Of a DNA stretch of 64,000 nt, positions 11,952 through 27,689 are shown in pieces. The number at the start of each line of letters is the position of its first letter. Within the stretch, counting starts at the first letter, position 1. The translations under genes and the position numbers were made by a program. The notes beneath the pieces were generated by a model. The model worked only from the letters and a program-made list of their open reading frames with translations. It searched no databases and had not been told where the DNA came from. The stretch is from Selaginella moellendorffii (taxonomy: Eukaryota > Plantae > Lycopodiophyta), in contig NW_003314347.1 in the NCBI RefSeq assembly GCF_000143415.4, positions 395,438-459,437 on the forward strand, in the 5' to 3' direction.

Positions 11952-14238
11952 TCACCTTTGGTCCAACCACGCTCCGTGAATCCCATACGGGAGTCCATAG
12001 GGAAGTGGTGCTCGAGCAACTTCTTCAAAGCTCTTGCCGTCCAAGAGGAGCACGTATCCGTCACCTTTATCATCATTGACAATAGATATCGCCACACCTA
12101 CAGTCAGTAAGAGGTTTACACGATGATGTACAAGAAACTTTGAAACTTTACCATCGTCTTCTTCAGTGGCGCCGGGTCGTGGAACAAACATTGGCTCCGT
12201 TGGAATGCTCCCGTGCTCATACCACTCCTTAGCACTCTGGCCCTTGATGTCAATCTAGCAAACAAGAGCAATTCATTGGTGTTGTTTCGTATGGCCTGGA
12301 GGAAACTACTTACTTTGACCAGAGAATTTGGAAAGTGACAAGGCCTATGAGCCCCATTTGCGTAGACGTAGCGATAGTCACGAGAATAATAATGAGGATT
12401 CATGGTGTTCATGTCTAGTCCGTGCCCATGAACTTGGGGAGGCACAGCATTCTCTAGAGTTCCTTTGCCCCCTCCAGAGATTGGTATCTTAAATCTCCCA
12501 AGCCTGTAACTTCCTTAGCTAGAGCGAAACTGGAAGGAAAAACTTCAACACACCTTGCGTATGGCATTTCTTTCCCCTTCGATCGAAGCTCTGCCAGCTC
12601 CATTCTCCGGAGAATGATAGGATTTGACAAGTGTTCGCAGCAGTCGGCCACAATTCTTGGCTTCCCATCTTCGCCAGTTTCCTCGTAGGCATTGATGAAG
12701 TGAAACATGAGAAAGTTTGGAACCTCCACAACGTTTACCTTGAGAAAATCCAAGCTTGTAAGAAGATTCTAATATCAAAAGCACGTACCACTTTTCCCGA
12801 TTTCCTGTCCATGACATGCAAATACGATCCGTGCTCGGGCATATACTCGAATTTGTAGTACGGACATGGCTCCGCCTTGAGGAGATTTTTGGTCGAGTAT
12901 CTCAGCGCCATTTCTGGGATGACAATGTAATTCTCCGTAAGAGCGAAGGAATGGATCCATCCGGGAGCCGGACCTTTGCAATTCACCTGAAGACGTTACG
13001 AAGCTTTTGTAAGGTGACAATATGCAGAGCTTTGGAATTACTAACCCTGCCAAGATGTTTTCTTGTGTTTGTTCCTGGTTCCATCCTCACGATATCATAT
13101 CCGGGTTTGATCAAGTCTGGAAGGGCGGTGATGAATTCCTTGTCTGTAACATAAGGATGACCTGATTGGAGAAGACCCTGCCAAAAGTTTGGACAATTCG
13201 CATGAATCGAAGCGAGAAATCATGTTTGTACCTTGTGATTGTCGTCGTATGTAAATCTTCCAATAGTGTCCAGAGTCCATGGATCGATCTGTGTTGACGA
13301 CTTCACAGTCTCGGTGATGCAAACCACTCGCCCATCGCCCAAGCTGTCAGTTCAAGAGAAGCTCCTTAACATATCATTATCATCTAGTCAAGCTTATGAG
13401 CGATGCTACCATATGACGCCCGTATTGGCGTTGTCCGTGAGTGTTGTTCCCATCGCCATTCCAACCACGTCTTCCAGCAAAGACCAAATGTTTTCGTGCT
13501 TTGGTACCACTGAAAACTCCCTGAAACATGCTTGCTGGTTCTTTCTCGCACTCTTGTAAGCGTCGGATTGAAGCTGTGCGTGCTTGACATGAAGTTTTCC
13601 ATTCTCGAAGTAGAGCCGAAGCAAGCAAGAATATCTGTTCGATAGGAAAAGAACAAAAGAAAAGTAAAAAACAGAACTCGGAATTAGCGAAACAGAACAA
13701 AACCAGACAAGAAACTCTGTCAGCTTAATCTCAATGATATACCCGTCGAAGAGATGACCAAATCGGTGCTCTCCCATCTCAAATCTCCCAGGTCCATTTC
13801 GCAAATATGTTCCCTTCTGCTCAAAGCCAAGAGACAAGAGGACAAGCCTTGAATGTGAGGAACTTAAACGATGATAAGGAAAGAAAATATTACCAGCCAG
13901 AGAGGAATTTGGCCTTGGATAACCGGCAGCTCTCCTTCCCATGATTCTCTTCGAATCGAGTTCCAGGTTGCCAGACCCGCGTACTTATCGTTGAGCCATG
14001 CAGGCTTGAGTTCTTCGTGCTGGCATGATTCTCCTGCTTGTTTTGCAGGTTCTCGTGTTAAAATGGATCTGACTTCGATCGATTTGATCCTTGTCGACTG
14101 ATTCCAGCTTCGACCATGCAACAAGGGACCCGATCGAGGAAAACCAGCAGCATGACTCTTCTTTAGCTTCGATTCGCTATGGAGTAGCAATCCGTTATGA
14201 ACTCTGGTTGCTTGGGACGATACCGCAAGACTCTCCAT
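11952..14238 (-). CDS. CCD8: Carotenoid cleavage dioxygenase 8 (MAX4/D10-like), multi-exon
   Basis: WEGEL..QGQIPLWL, GTYLRNGPG, HLFDGY, LTDNANTGV, PGWIHSF, FHFINAYEE, EEDDG, LPYGLPYGIHGAW are CCD8-type motifs; N-terminal transit-peptide-like region. Confidence 0.9.
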
Positions 14239-15110
14239 GATCCGGCCTGGATTTACAAGGATAAACTAAAGAAATTTAGAAAACCAAGATGCACTCCTAC
14301 CCATGCGGCTGCCCTTTGCGGAGAAATGGAGGCCAAGCTCGTCCACTATATATCAAATTCCAGCCTGGAGTCTAGTGTTGTTTTCTTAACGCGAATATAT
14401 TCGCTCCAGCATCTTTCCCCGGAGAATAATCTCGCATAAACTCCAAAAACTCCTGTTGTTATAAATCATACAATCAAACTTTCGCTTGACGGGTGTACCT
14501 TCTAGACAGCAGTCAGCATTGATATTGTGGTCTCTCTCAAGTGCTTTCTAAAATAAATTCTGTGATTGTGATCAAAATCAAGATGCCCCAACACAATACT
14601 TTAGCAAAAAAAAAATCCATTCAAGCATTTTCCTCTATGATCCTGGAATCACGCAAGTTCTTGTCATGTTAGCAAAGACAAGGGCGAGCATCTTGGAACC
14701 AATTGACTACTAGTACTAACAATCTTATATTCTTCTCCGTGTGATCACCCAAATATCTTCTCGGCTCCATACCTTTATCAGAAGAAGAATCGGAGCCATT
14801 GATTAAATAACAGTAAAATCTATCATGGCCGTTGGTGCGCACATTCTTTTTTGATACTTTTGGGGGGAAATTCAAATTGCCTCCCATTTCCTAGGTTGGG
14901 ATTGATCTTGGACGAGGAGAGCGCGCCGGGCACGACGAGCGCTGCGGGCTTTCTCTCTCAGATCTGAGTCAGAGCTTCGAATGCTGGCGGGCGGAGAGGC
15001 GAGGCTAAGGCGCGCGGCGTGAGGAGCTCGATCGAGGTATGCCTAGGGTTTTAGAGCTTGTTTCCGAGCTTCGACTGAGCTGAAATCTCTGGCGGCTGGC
15101 AGGTTTGGCG

Positions 15111-18100
15111 ATGGGGCGGCCGGGAGCTGCCGCTGCTGGCGGCAAGACTATCGAGGAGATTTACCAGAAGAAAACCCCTCTGGAACACGTTCTACTGCGG
15201 CCGGACACGTACGTTGGCTCCATTGAGAAGCACACGCAGACGCTGTGGGTGTATGAGGGCGGTCAGCTGGTGAATCGTGCGGTGACCTACGTCCCTGGGC
15301 TGTACAAGATTTTCGACGAGATCTTGGTGAATGCTGCCGACAACAAGCAGCGGGATCCCAGCATGGACGCTGTCAAAGTCACGATAAGCGTGGAGCAAAA
15401 CACCATCTCCGTCTACAACAACGGGGACGGAGTGCCTGTGGAAGTTCACAACGAGCAAGGCGTCTACGTTCCGGAGATGATCTTTGGCCATCTACTCACA
15501 AGCAGCAACTACGACGACAATGAGAAGAAGACGACTGGTGGGAGGAATGGATACGGTGCTAAGCTCGCGAACATTTTCTCAACCGAGTTTGTGATTGAAA
15601 CCGCGGATGGCAAGCGGGGTAAAAAGTACAAGCAGGTAGGCATCATCTTCTTAGCATAGCTTTATAGAACCTTGCTTATCGTTTCGATTTGATCAGGTGT
15701 TCTCTAACAACATGAGTGCGAAGTCTGAGCCAGCTATTAGCTCGTGCAAGTCCAATGAAAATTGGACTAAGGTGACTTTCAAGCCCGACCTCGCCAAGTT
15801 CCACATGACGTATCTGGAGGAGGATGTTGTTGCCCTGATGTCCAAACGTGTTTTGGATATTGCGGGCTGTCTTGGCAGGACTGTTAAGGTGGAGCTGAAC
15901 GGCCAAAAGCTCCCAGTTAAAACGTTTTCGGATTACGTGGGGCTTTACCTTGCCTCCGCTCAGAAAGGCAAAGAAGAGACGCTTCCAAGGTTCTTTATAT
16001 TTCTTCGAGTCCTCACTTGCTAACCTCAGTTTGAATTGCAGGATATATGAGCGTGCAAATGATCGGTGGGAAGTATGCGTGAGTTTAAGCGATGGACAGT
16101 TTCAACAGGTAAGACTGTCTTCTTTCTGGTTTGCTGCTTGCTGACGTTGATGTTCACCCAGGTTAGCTTTGTGAACAGCATCGCCACAATCCGGGGTGGC
16201 ACGCACGTCCAGCATGTTTCGGAACAGATCGTAAGCCACATACAGGAAATTGTGAACAAGAAGAACAAAAATGCGAACGTGAAGGGTTTCCAAATCAGAA
16301 ACCATCTTTGGGTCTTTGTCAATTCTCTGATTGACAACCCTGCCTTCGATTCCCAGACGAAGGAAACATTGACTACTCGTCAAACTAGTTTTGGATCGAA
16401 GTGCGAGCTGTCCCCAGAGTTTCTGAAGAAAGGTAATATTTGTCTCCGCATAATGCACTTCCTTACTAACGGATATCCAAACAGTTTCTAAATGCGGGGT
16501 AGTTGACAATGTTCTGTCGTGGGCGGACTTTAAGCAGAGTAAGGAGCTAAAGAAGAACGACGGTGCCAAGAGGCAGCGCCTAACTGGAATAGCCAAGCTG
16601 GACGATGCAAATGATGCCGGCGGCAAGAACTCCGAAGCATGCACTTTGATCTTGACTGAAGGAGATTCAGCTAAAGCTCTTGCTGTAAGCTCAGTCTTTG
16701 CTCTTTCAGCCTTCTTAACTTTTTGTTGTCTTCAGATGAGTGGCATCAGTGTGGTTGGCCGTAACCACTATGGTGTGTTTCCTCTCAGGGGAAAGCTTTT
16801 AAACGTTCGAGAGGCAACGCACAAGCAAATAATGGATAACGCTGAAATCACCAGCATAAAGCAGATACTGGGGTTGCAGCAGGGAAAAGGTTATGAAAAT
16901 ACCAAGTCTCTTCGTTACGGTCATTTGATGATTATGACCGACCAGGTACATTGCTTTGTTAGAATCGTTTCCTTTGTTCCTAGCAGTTGTTGCTCCAGGA
17001 TCACGACGGGTCACACATCAAAGGTCTTATTATCAATTTCATTCACACGTTTTGGCCATCACTTTTGAAAGTTCCCGGTTTCTTGGTGGAATTTATCACG
17101 CCAATTGTTAAGGTTCGTCTTTTGATGACTAAACTATATCGAATGTTTCTTGCATATGCAGGCAACACATAAGAACGGAAAGGTACTATCCTTCTATACT
17201 ATGCCGGAATACGAGTCGTGGAAAGAGTCCCTGAGAGGAGAAACCAAGGGTTGGAGTATCAAGTACTACAAGGTTTGCACCCTGTACTATTAGCGAGGCA
17301 CAAACTAAAGGCTTGTCAACAGGGTCTGGGCACGAGTACAGCAAAGGAAGGCAAGGAGTACTTTCGAGATCTGGTCAAGCACAAGAAGGACTTCGCATGG
17401 GACAATGATGAAGATGGTGACTCTATAGAGCTAGCATTTAGCAAGAAAAAAACCGAAGCCAGAAAAATATGGCTGCGAGGGTACCAGGTACGTATTCTTG
17501 ATGATATAGGAATAATTTATTAACTCTGTGACATGGGAATGCAGCCAGGGACATTTCTGGATCAAACTCAGCGGGTCATCACGTACAGCGATTTCATCAA
17601 TAAGGAATTAATCCTGTTCTCGTTGGCTGATTTGGCAAGGTCTGTCCCGTCTATGGTGGACGGATTGAAGCCCGGACAGCGCAAGATTCTGTTTGCTGCA
17701 TTCAAAAGAAATTTTACGTCGCAAGCTAAGGTAAGTTATGATTTAGTTTCAAGATGTAATGCATTCTTTTGCCTTATATTTGCAGGTAGCGCAATTTTCT
17801 GGATATGTCTCCGAGCATTCTGCTTATCACCATGGAGAACAAAGTCTCGCGAGTACTATCATAGGAATGGCTCAGAATTTCGTCGGTAGCAATAACATCA
17901 ATATCCTTGCTCCGATTGGACAGTTCGGTACAAGGAGTCAGGTAATCCTATTTTCTCTTGTTTGGCACTGATTGAAAGCATGCATATCCAGGGCGGAAAG
18001 GACCATGCCAGTGCGCGTTACATCTATACGTCTCTAACTCCGTTAACACGTACTATATTTCCTAAACCAGATGACATTTTACTGAATTTTCTGAGAGAGG

Positions 18101-20320
18101 ATGGACAGTCGATCGAGCCCTTCTGGTACGTAGTTCTTTAGACTTTTGAAATATTTTGCTGAGATTTTCTATCAATTGTAAAGGTATGCACCAATTCTTC
18201 CTATGGTGCTTGTCAACGGCTCTGAAGGCATTGGCACTGGGTGGAGCACTTTCGTGCCAAATTACAATCCTCGAGATATCGTTACCAACCTTAAGCATCT
18301 TTTGCGCGATGAGCAGCTGGAGCCAATGGATCCGTGGTACAAGGGGTTTAAGGTCGTCTTCGTCAGCAGAATACCGTGTGGTGCTTACATTTCTCCTCTT
18401 GTGCAGGGGACGATAGTGAAATCGGCAACCAAAGAATCTGGTGTCAGCTATACAGTGACTGGCATCGTAGAGCAAGTCAACGAGACTACTATACGTGTGC
18501 TAGAGCTTCCCATTAGAAAGTGGACTCAAGACTATAAGGAGTTTCTTGAAGCGTTGCTTTGTGGCACAGAGAAAATCAAAGAACCCTCTATTAAGGTGAT
18601 GCTCTCATTCAACTCCCGCGAGTGTATTTTAACGTTTTGCTTTCAACATTCAGGACTACAGGGAGCATAACACTGATACGCGAGTGCACTTTGAAATTTC
18701 TTTATCCGAGGAAAAAATGGCTGAAGCTCTTGCAGAGGGTCTCACGAAAAAGTTCAAGCTGAGTACCACTATCAGCACCAGTAACATGAATCTTTTTGAT
18801 AAGGACGGGCATATTCGAAAGTATGACACGCCCGAACAAAGTATCCTTTTGGCATGCATGGTTTCTAGCACTTGCTTTTTTCCTTGACATAAGATACAGT
18901 TCTGGAAGACTTCTACCATATTCGTTTGGAGTTGTACGTCAAAAGAAAGGTTTTTATATTTTTGAGCTTTGTAATCGTGTATTGACGAGCTTTTGTAGGA
19001 AGTGCAAGTTGAGAATTTGCAATACGAGCTACTGAAGCTTGACAACAAAGTTCGATTTATTCTCGGTGTTGTCAAAGGCGAAATTGTTGTAAACAACAGG
19101 AAGCGAGCCGAGTTACTAGTCGAGCTAAAGACCAAAGGCTTTACTCCGTTCCCTAAGAAGGCAAAAGCTTCGGACTTGCCTGTTGTCGGTGGTGATGGTT
19201 CTGACGTGGAAGCGGATGACGAAGAAAAACTGAATAAAGGAGTTCGTGCCGGTGATTACGAGTATCTTCTATCTATGCCAATTGGCACGCTCACTCTAGA
19301 GAAGGTTCAGCAGCTCTGCAACGAGCGTGATAAGCTTGAAGGTGATGTTGAAGAATTGAAGAAATGTACACCGAAGGATCTCTGGGAGAAGGACTTAGAT
19401 AACTTCCTCGAACAACTGACGGTATGACGCTCTAATCACCTCGTTGCAAACGCTCATCAGTTGTATCCACAGGCTCAAGAGCTGGAGGAAGAAAAGGAAG
19501 ACGAGCTTGAACTTAAGCAAATGGCCAAAGAAGGTGCTGCTATATTCAAGCGCGCTGCTGCTGGCCGAAAGCCTGCTGCGAAGGCAAAAACTGCAGACAA
19601 GGAAAATGCCGTGAAGCCTACCAAAAGTAAGTCCTTCATTGAACGCGCGAAATCTAACCTGAAAATATCATCCTGCAGAAGCAACTGCCGCGACGAAAGC
19701 TTCGAATGCTTCCAAGAAGGCAGCTAAACCAGTGGTATGACACGAGAATGCTCTTTTCCTTCTTTAATGTCTTTTGTTATTGGTAGGAACTGGACAGCGA
19801 GGAAGAATACTTCAACACAAGCTTACAGGATCGCCTTGCTGCTTACGCGAAAGGAAAAGGACCGCTAACAGGTAATATGGCTTGTTTTCTCTTTCCCTGG
19901 CAATGCACTTAAACATTCTGTTCTCCAGAGGACAACTCCATGGAGGACGCTGTCAAGGAAGTGTCCCCGCCAACAAAGCCTAATGCGCCTAAAGCTGCTC
20001 CGGTCGCAAAGAAGCGCGCGAATACCAAAGCCTCCAAAGCATCAAAAGCCACTGAAGATGTTGCGGCCCATGACTCCCCTGATGCGAAAGTAAGGAAGGT
20101 GCGGGCTTCTCCATTCAACAAGAAGAGTGGTTCCGTCATTCCTCAGCTTGCAAAGCTCTCCATCGAGGCAGAGGCCGACTCCGACGTCGAAGCAGCTCCT
20201 CAAGCAAGGCCGAAGAGACGAGCGGCTCGCCCGGCTGTGCACTACATCGAGAGCGACACGGAGGAAGACAAGGCCGCAAGCGAAGACATCTCCGACTTTG
20301 AGGACGAAGGATCAGAGTAA
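15111..20320 (+). CDS. TOP2: DNA topoisomerase II, many short introns
   Basis: EHVLLRPDTYVGS, FDEILVNAADN, GGRNGYGAKL, LTEGDSA, PLRGK, MTDQDHDG, DGLKPGQRK, YHHGE, NGSEGIGTGWST; acidic/basic C-terminal tail. Confidence 0.97.
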
Positions 20321-20836
20321 AGTCTGGTTCCCCCTCCCCGGTTTTCTCATTCTGCTCGTTTGGTGCTAACGAGTTTGCTGTACTGCTCTTAACTTTCTAT
20401 GTTAAGGTGGAGGCTCCAGAAGAAAGGTCGTGTCATGGTACTGTGACTCGTATGGATTGTGTAATATCTCCATTGTTTTGTTCCAGACAATTGTTTCATG
20501 TCATTGATCATATAATGTTTTTCACCTTTTTCTTGTGTAAAAGGCTCCTCTACACATCAAATTTTTTCTTAAGCTGAAAGGCTTGAATTTAGAAATGCAT
20601 CTCCACAAACTTACGATACAATCTGTCATTGATATAAAAAGAATTACTAAAAGTTTTTATAAATCCTTATTTGCATAGGAAGTAGTTTTTCCTCTACTAA
20701 TTTATCACATTCAATTCTCAAAAAGAGGATTGGAAACGAAAACCAAAGTAACTCAAGTTCTCTAGCGAGGTTGTATTCGTTGGCTTTGTTGGGTCCTGTA
20801 AACATTGGAAAAAGGTGGTAAAAAAGAAACTGAAAA

Positions 20837-21664
20837 TCAAAAACACATTACATACCTTAATCCTAATCGGTAAGACTCTACTAAGCTTTCAAGATGCCCC
20901 ACCTCGAAGTTGAACAAATCCAAGGCACCTGATGGCGGCCAGTAGAAGTCAGACCCTAAAAAGCCGCCATTTGCCGCAACTTGTTTTGCCTCTCGCAGAG
21001 CCCTTACATAGTCCTCGCAGTCTTCGCTGAAATAGTTTTCCGACGGCACAGCAACATCCTCCCCCTCAAGCTTGTCTGGATCCACGAGAAGATGAAACGG
21101 CGTCAGGTGTATCATGACGAACTCTGGCCACTTGTGCACAAGCATCCGCGCGTCCAGCAGCAGCCGCGCATGCAACTCCTCGTCCTCAACTCTGCCGAAC
21201 AGATCCATTTCCGCCCACGACGCGAGCCGGTCGCAAAGCTCTATAGCCCCCGGGCCAAGAATGGGGTTGGAGGGCCAAGGATGGCAGATCAAACTCTTTG
21301 CGTGATCGACGAAGGCGGCGGGGAACGTCGGCCACGGAGGACAGCGCTGATAGTAATGGTAGTATTGGCGCTGCTGCTTCACCTCTTGGCGGATGGCGTC
21401 CAGGTCCGGGACACCCGTTAAAGTCCAGTGGCGAAAATTGTTGTAGGTGAGATTGGGCTCTGCATAGCCCTCGTAACTCAGTTCCTCGATCTGGCCTTCG
21501 AAAAACACCAGTGGCTTGGGTGCCAGTGCTGTTACGGCATTGATCGGCCTGAGACGTGCTTCCTTACAAGCATACCTGAGCAGGCGCTTGATCCTATAGT
21601 CCATCCTCCACAGCGCGAAATCCAAAACCCCGTAGAAGCTCTCCAAGACGGTCCCCATAGCCAT
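20837..21664 (-). CDS. Intronless hypothetical protein (275 aa), no recognised family
   Basis: ATG-initiated 828-bp ORF, GC-richer than its AT-rich flanks, with globular-looking composition. Confidence 0.6.
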   Translation of the reverse strand: MAMGTVLESFYGVLDFALWRMDYRIKRLLRYACKEARLRPINAVTALAPKPLVFFEGQIEELSYEGYAEPNLTYNNFRHWTLTGVPDLDAIRQEVKQQRQYYHYYQRCPPWPTFPAAFVDHAKSLICHPWPSNPILGPGAIELCDRLASWAEMDLFGRVEDEELHARLLLDARMLVHKWPEFVMIHLTPFHLLVDPDKLEGEDVAVPSENYFSEDCEDYVRALREAKQVAANGGFLGSDFYWPPSGALDLFNFEVGHLESLVESYRLGLRYVMCF

Positions 21665-22031
21665 TAGCTAAAACCCTCGTTTATTGCTAACTAGCCCTAA
21701 GTGTTGTGTTCACCTAGAGGAATTGTACCAGAAAGATAATTTTAAGCTACAAAACATAGTACTTATTATAAATTCATACACCTTTCTTCCACCTTAACAA
21801 AGAAAGTTAAGAGCAACTCGTTAGCTTGAAGTAATCTTTGTCTCAATTACTGACAGATATCAAAAACTTTTATATTATAACTTTGTACCTGGAGATTTAC
21901 GGTTAAACCAGAGAAGGATCCTTGCCAACGCATACACCACAATCTGGGTATATTTATCAGCATTATCGCGGCAAACTTGCCTCTCTTCTTCCGCGCACTC
22001 CCCCCTCCTTTTATTTCATTCTCTCCTCATT

Positions 22032-24057
<2,026 letters not shown>

Positions 24058-24688
24058 CCCCCGGTATCGATAGCGTCGCAATCTATCCACAATCCCAATC
24101 CCCGCCGGCGATATTCCTCGTCCTCCACTCCCGCCCTGTCACGAGCTCCTCCCCCCAGTCCCTGGCGGCAAGAAATACCATACAAACCTAAAATCAGGCA
24201 CAGATTTCACAGATTTCACAGATTTCGGGGCAAGAAAAGCATCGCGCAGCTCACCTCGTGATCGATCAAACGCGGCGGCGCCAAGAACAAGGCAAGAATC
24301 GATGCGGTGGCGGCGGTCAAGTCAGGGCTAATCGATGCGATCTAGCGTGACGACGAGGAGTGGGGATCGCGCGGCATGACGCCAGCGCCGTGCGCGCAAG
24401 AGAGAGAGAGGAGGAAGAAAAACCTAGAGAGGAAGAAACGAATGAGAGGAGAGAAGCTTCCACCTCATGGAAACCCGCCCCTCAATCGCCGGACTTGACA
24501 CCTTGCCTTAAACATTGGGCCGTCGTCCCAAACTTAGCCGGTGGTCACAAATTCGTACGGCGCACGTACGGCACATTATCCAGATTTATTATCCGCTCTT
24601 ATCCGGATTACTCTATTTTTAAGCCTGCTTTACAGAGAAAAATTTTAACTGCGCCGCAGTCCGGTTATTGTCTTTTTTTCTCGTTTTT

Positions 24689-25239
24689 TTACTTCTCCTT
24701 TGCCGTGAAGGATTCGCCGCAGCCGCAAGTGCCGGTAGCGTTGGGATTTAGAAACACGAATTCCGACCTGCGAGGATTGAGAGATCTTAGAATTGGAGCT
24801 GGGATTTCTTGACAACTTTGGAACTTTTCTCTCGTCCAGGAAGAACTTCAAACTTACTTGAGACGATCTTCGATGAAATCCATCTTGGTGCCGATGATCT
24901 TCATCAGCGCTCGCGGGTCGATCAAAACCTTGACGCCTTTGTCCTCCACGAGCTCATCGTGGCGCTCGGCTTGATCTGCAAGAGGAAGATAAGCTTTTCT
25001 CTCTCTCTCGCAAGAAAAGGAAGAGAAGCAGAGGACTGAGGCTTGCCTGCGTAGTTCATGGTGTAGGAGTAGCCATTGCATCCCCGGACCTTGACACCCA
25101 CGCGCAAGTAATCTTTGTTCCGCAAGTCTAGCAATTGCCGGATCCTCTTGGCCGCGCTGTCGCTCAGCGCAATCGCTTGCTTCTTCCGGGACGAGGAGGC
25201 TTGCCTCAATCCCTCCCTGGCGGCGCACGCTGCTGCCAT
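24689..25239 (-). CDS. A-type Fe-S cluster assembly protein (IscA/ISA1-like), 3 coding exons
   Basis: LRVGVKVRGCNGYSYTMNYA / DELVEDKGVKVLID...GTKMDF / SEFVFLNPNATGTCGCGESF; all three conserved Cys present; stop at 24689-24691. Confidence 0.93.
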
Positions 25240-27689
25240 TCCTGACCTGCGCTATAGAAGAAAGCCCTTCCCAGTGAGTCACAAGCGCGAGATCGCCGCT
25301 CTCTCGCTTCTCCTACGTCGAATCGGTCACAAGATTTCAAGGGAGCTGTGGAGCTAACCTGAACATAGCCTCCGCATCATCCTCGCCCCTCTCGCGCCAC
25401 AAGCCCTAAAATCGCACAAACCCTAGGAGACGAATATTCCCTTTTATTGCTAACTACATGTTTTAATCTGGATTACAGAGAAAAGTTTCCCAATTGAAGA
25501 ATATGCTTGGATCATATATTGGATAGCATTGAATATACCCATATTATCTAAGCTTAAATGTTATTTAGTTTCATCAAATGGATAATATTTAGAATTGTTT
25601 ATATAAGTTGATTTCAAGCATTATTCAATACTATGCATGCACAAAAACAAAATGGTGTAGGAAACTTATCATCTTTATGTGGAGTTTGGAAGTTGTGGCA
25701 ACTAAGGCCAATTCTTTCTTACAGGCATGGAGGATTTCCTTTTTAAGGGTTTTTCATGTTTGGCATTCAGGCATTTTGGCTGCCACATCATTAAAATTCC
25801 TTGTATATTCTAAGAACTAAATATATAAATATAAAGATATTTTAAATACTAATAATTATAATTATAATACAAATACATATTAGAAAATTAAAGCTTGCAA
25901 ATTATTGTAGAAATACTCACTCTTTGCTTCAATTGTAAAAGTCTTGTAGTCCTACAGCTAAAGGCTCACCTCAATAAATCCACCAAGCTATGTAGATCCA
26001 TCAATAAAAGCTCATAGCCCTAATGTTCATTTTTCAACTTAAACTCGTGAACTTGCATTTTGCCCTAAAATGGATCAATGTGAATCCAAAAATGAGGGGC
26101 TTCTTGTGTAGTGGCAAGAGGACAATTCCAAAGTCTTTTCATGCTTATTAATGAAGATTAGGGATTTATACTTTAACAGCTAAACAATGGATGTATTCAA
26201 ACTTTGTTATTACTTTCTACAAGGGCTTAATCTCGAGGGCAACAACTAAGCTCACCAAGATTTATAATTGCTCTAGAAATTGGTTGAAAGCTAGAAACAA
26301 TAATAAAGAAAGAATATAAAAAAATAAACTTGTAAGGTTTGTAAATATATATATGTATATATATGTATTACCCTAGCTAGGTAATACACTAATTATGGTA
26401 CTATAGCATATAAATCGTTTATTTGGGATTAAATTTGACCCATCCATTCTTATATATAAGTGCTAACTAATATATCTATTCCCATATCCCGAGCATTCAC
26501 ATTGGTGGAGATCAGGGATATTGCAATTTGTCCCTAAAGGGCAAAGCTTTTTTGGCAATGTTTTTCTTTAGTGTTCAGGATCATAGTTTTTGTTCTTATT
26601 TCTTCATTCTCTTTTAAATCTAAATTTGTATGAGCTTTTTGTGAGATCTAGAACTCTAGTTATCACTATACTTAGATCTACTCTTTCTTCTTACAATCAT
26701 TGCATTCTCTTCTTCTACCATGCTATGCTGTTATTGATTAAAGAATATGTCACTTGAGGTTGCTAATGTTGCTTGTAGGATTAAATTTTTAGTGCTATAG
26801 GGTATGATCATGTTAGTGTTATGCCCATTTTTGATGTGTTGACATCTCCAACTTCCATGGGATGTGATTACACAATTTGTTCTATTCTTGGTATTTTAGC
26901 ATCTCTCATTGATGTGGAGCATGATTATGATATTGATTGGCAAGTTATAGATGATGTAATCCAGTTCTTGGAGATGTTTGAAAATCAAGTTTATAGGAAG
27001 ACAATGTATATGAGCTTAAATGAATTCCAAATCATTTTGTCGAGCTTGATTATTATGGAGATAGTTTTGGAGATGAAGTAGAGATTTCACAGGGTAAGTG
27101 TCAATCCTTCAATTTGCCATTTAGTCCTTTCTTTTTACCTTCTGCTCTTTCTTAACTTTTTTTTTATTTCTTGGCTTAAACCAACATTTTATATTCTTAA
27201 TATTTCTTCCTCCTCTATAGTGTTTCTTTTTTATAGTATGTTGATCATCTATGACTTTCATGATTTTCATTCTTAGTCTAATATTGAATTGAGTGTTTTA
27301 TGTCCTCTTTATACTAATTTAGATGTTAAATATATGCATGAAGTTGAGAATCTTGCTTTTATGTTGTTGACAAAGTCTTTGATCAATTCTAGTGTTAAAT
27401 ATTCCTATATTCTAATAGTTGAGTTTCTTTGGCAAAAATTCAAGTTGTGTCCCCACTTATTAGTGATGTTGAGAGCCTTTGTTTTACCATTGTTGTTGAA
27501 AAGTTTATATATTCCCTTGAAAGTATGGATATTATTATTGATTTTCTTATCTCAAGTATTGAGTTGTGTATTGACTATAAACAACTAATTTTTCCATTCT
27601 ACTTTAGTCACTTAACCACACCTCCAACAACTTGGAGGAGTCTTATTTATAACTTCCATATGTCCAATTCAAGACTTAGGGCTTGCTAA

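Noticed and set aside
11952-14238. CCD8 as part of the terpene cyclase cluster
   Set aside because: Separated by TOP2, HXK, IscA and transposons, and acts on plastid apocarotenoids; no link visible in the sequence.
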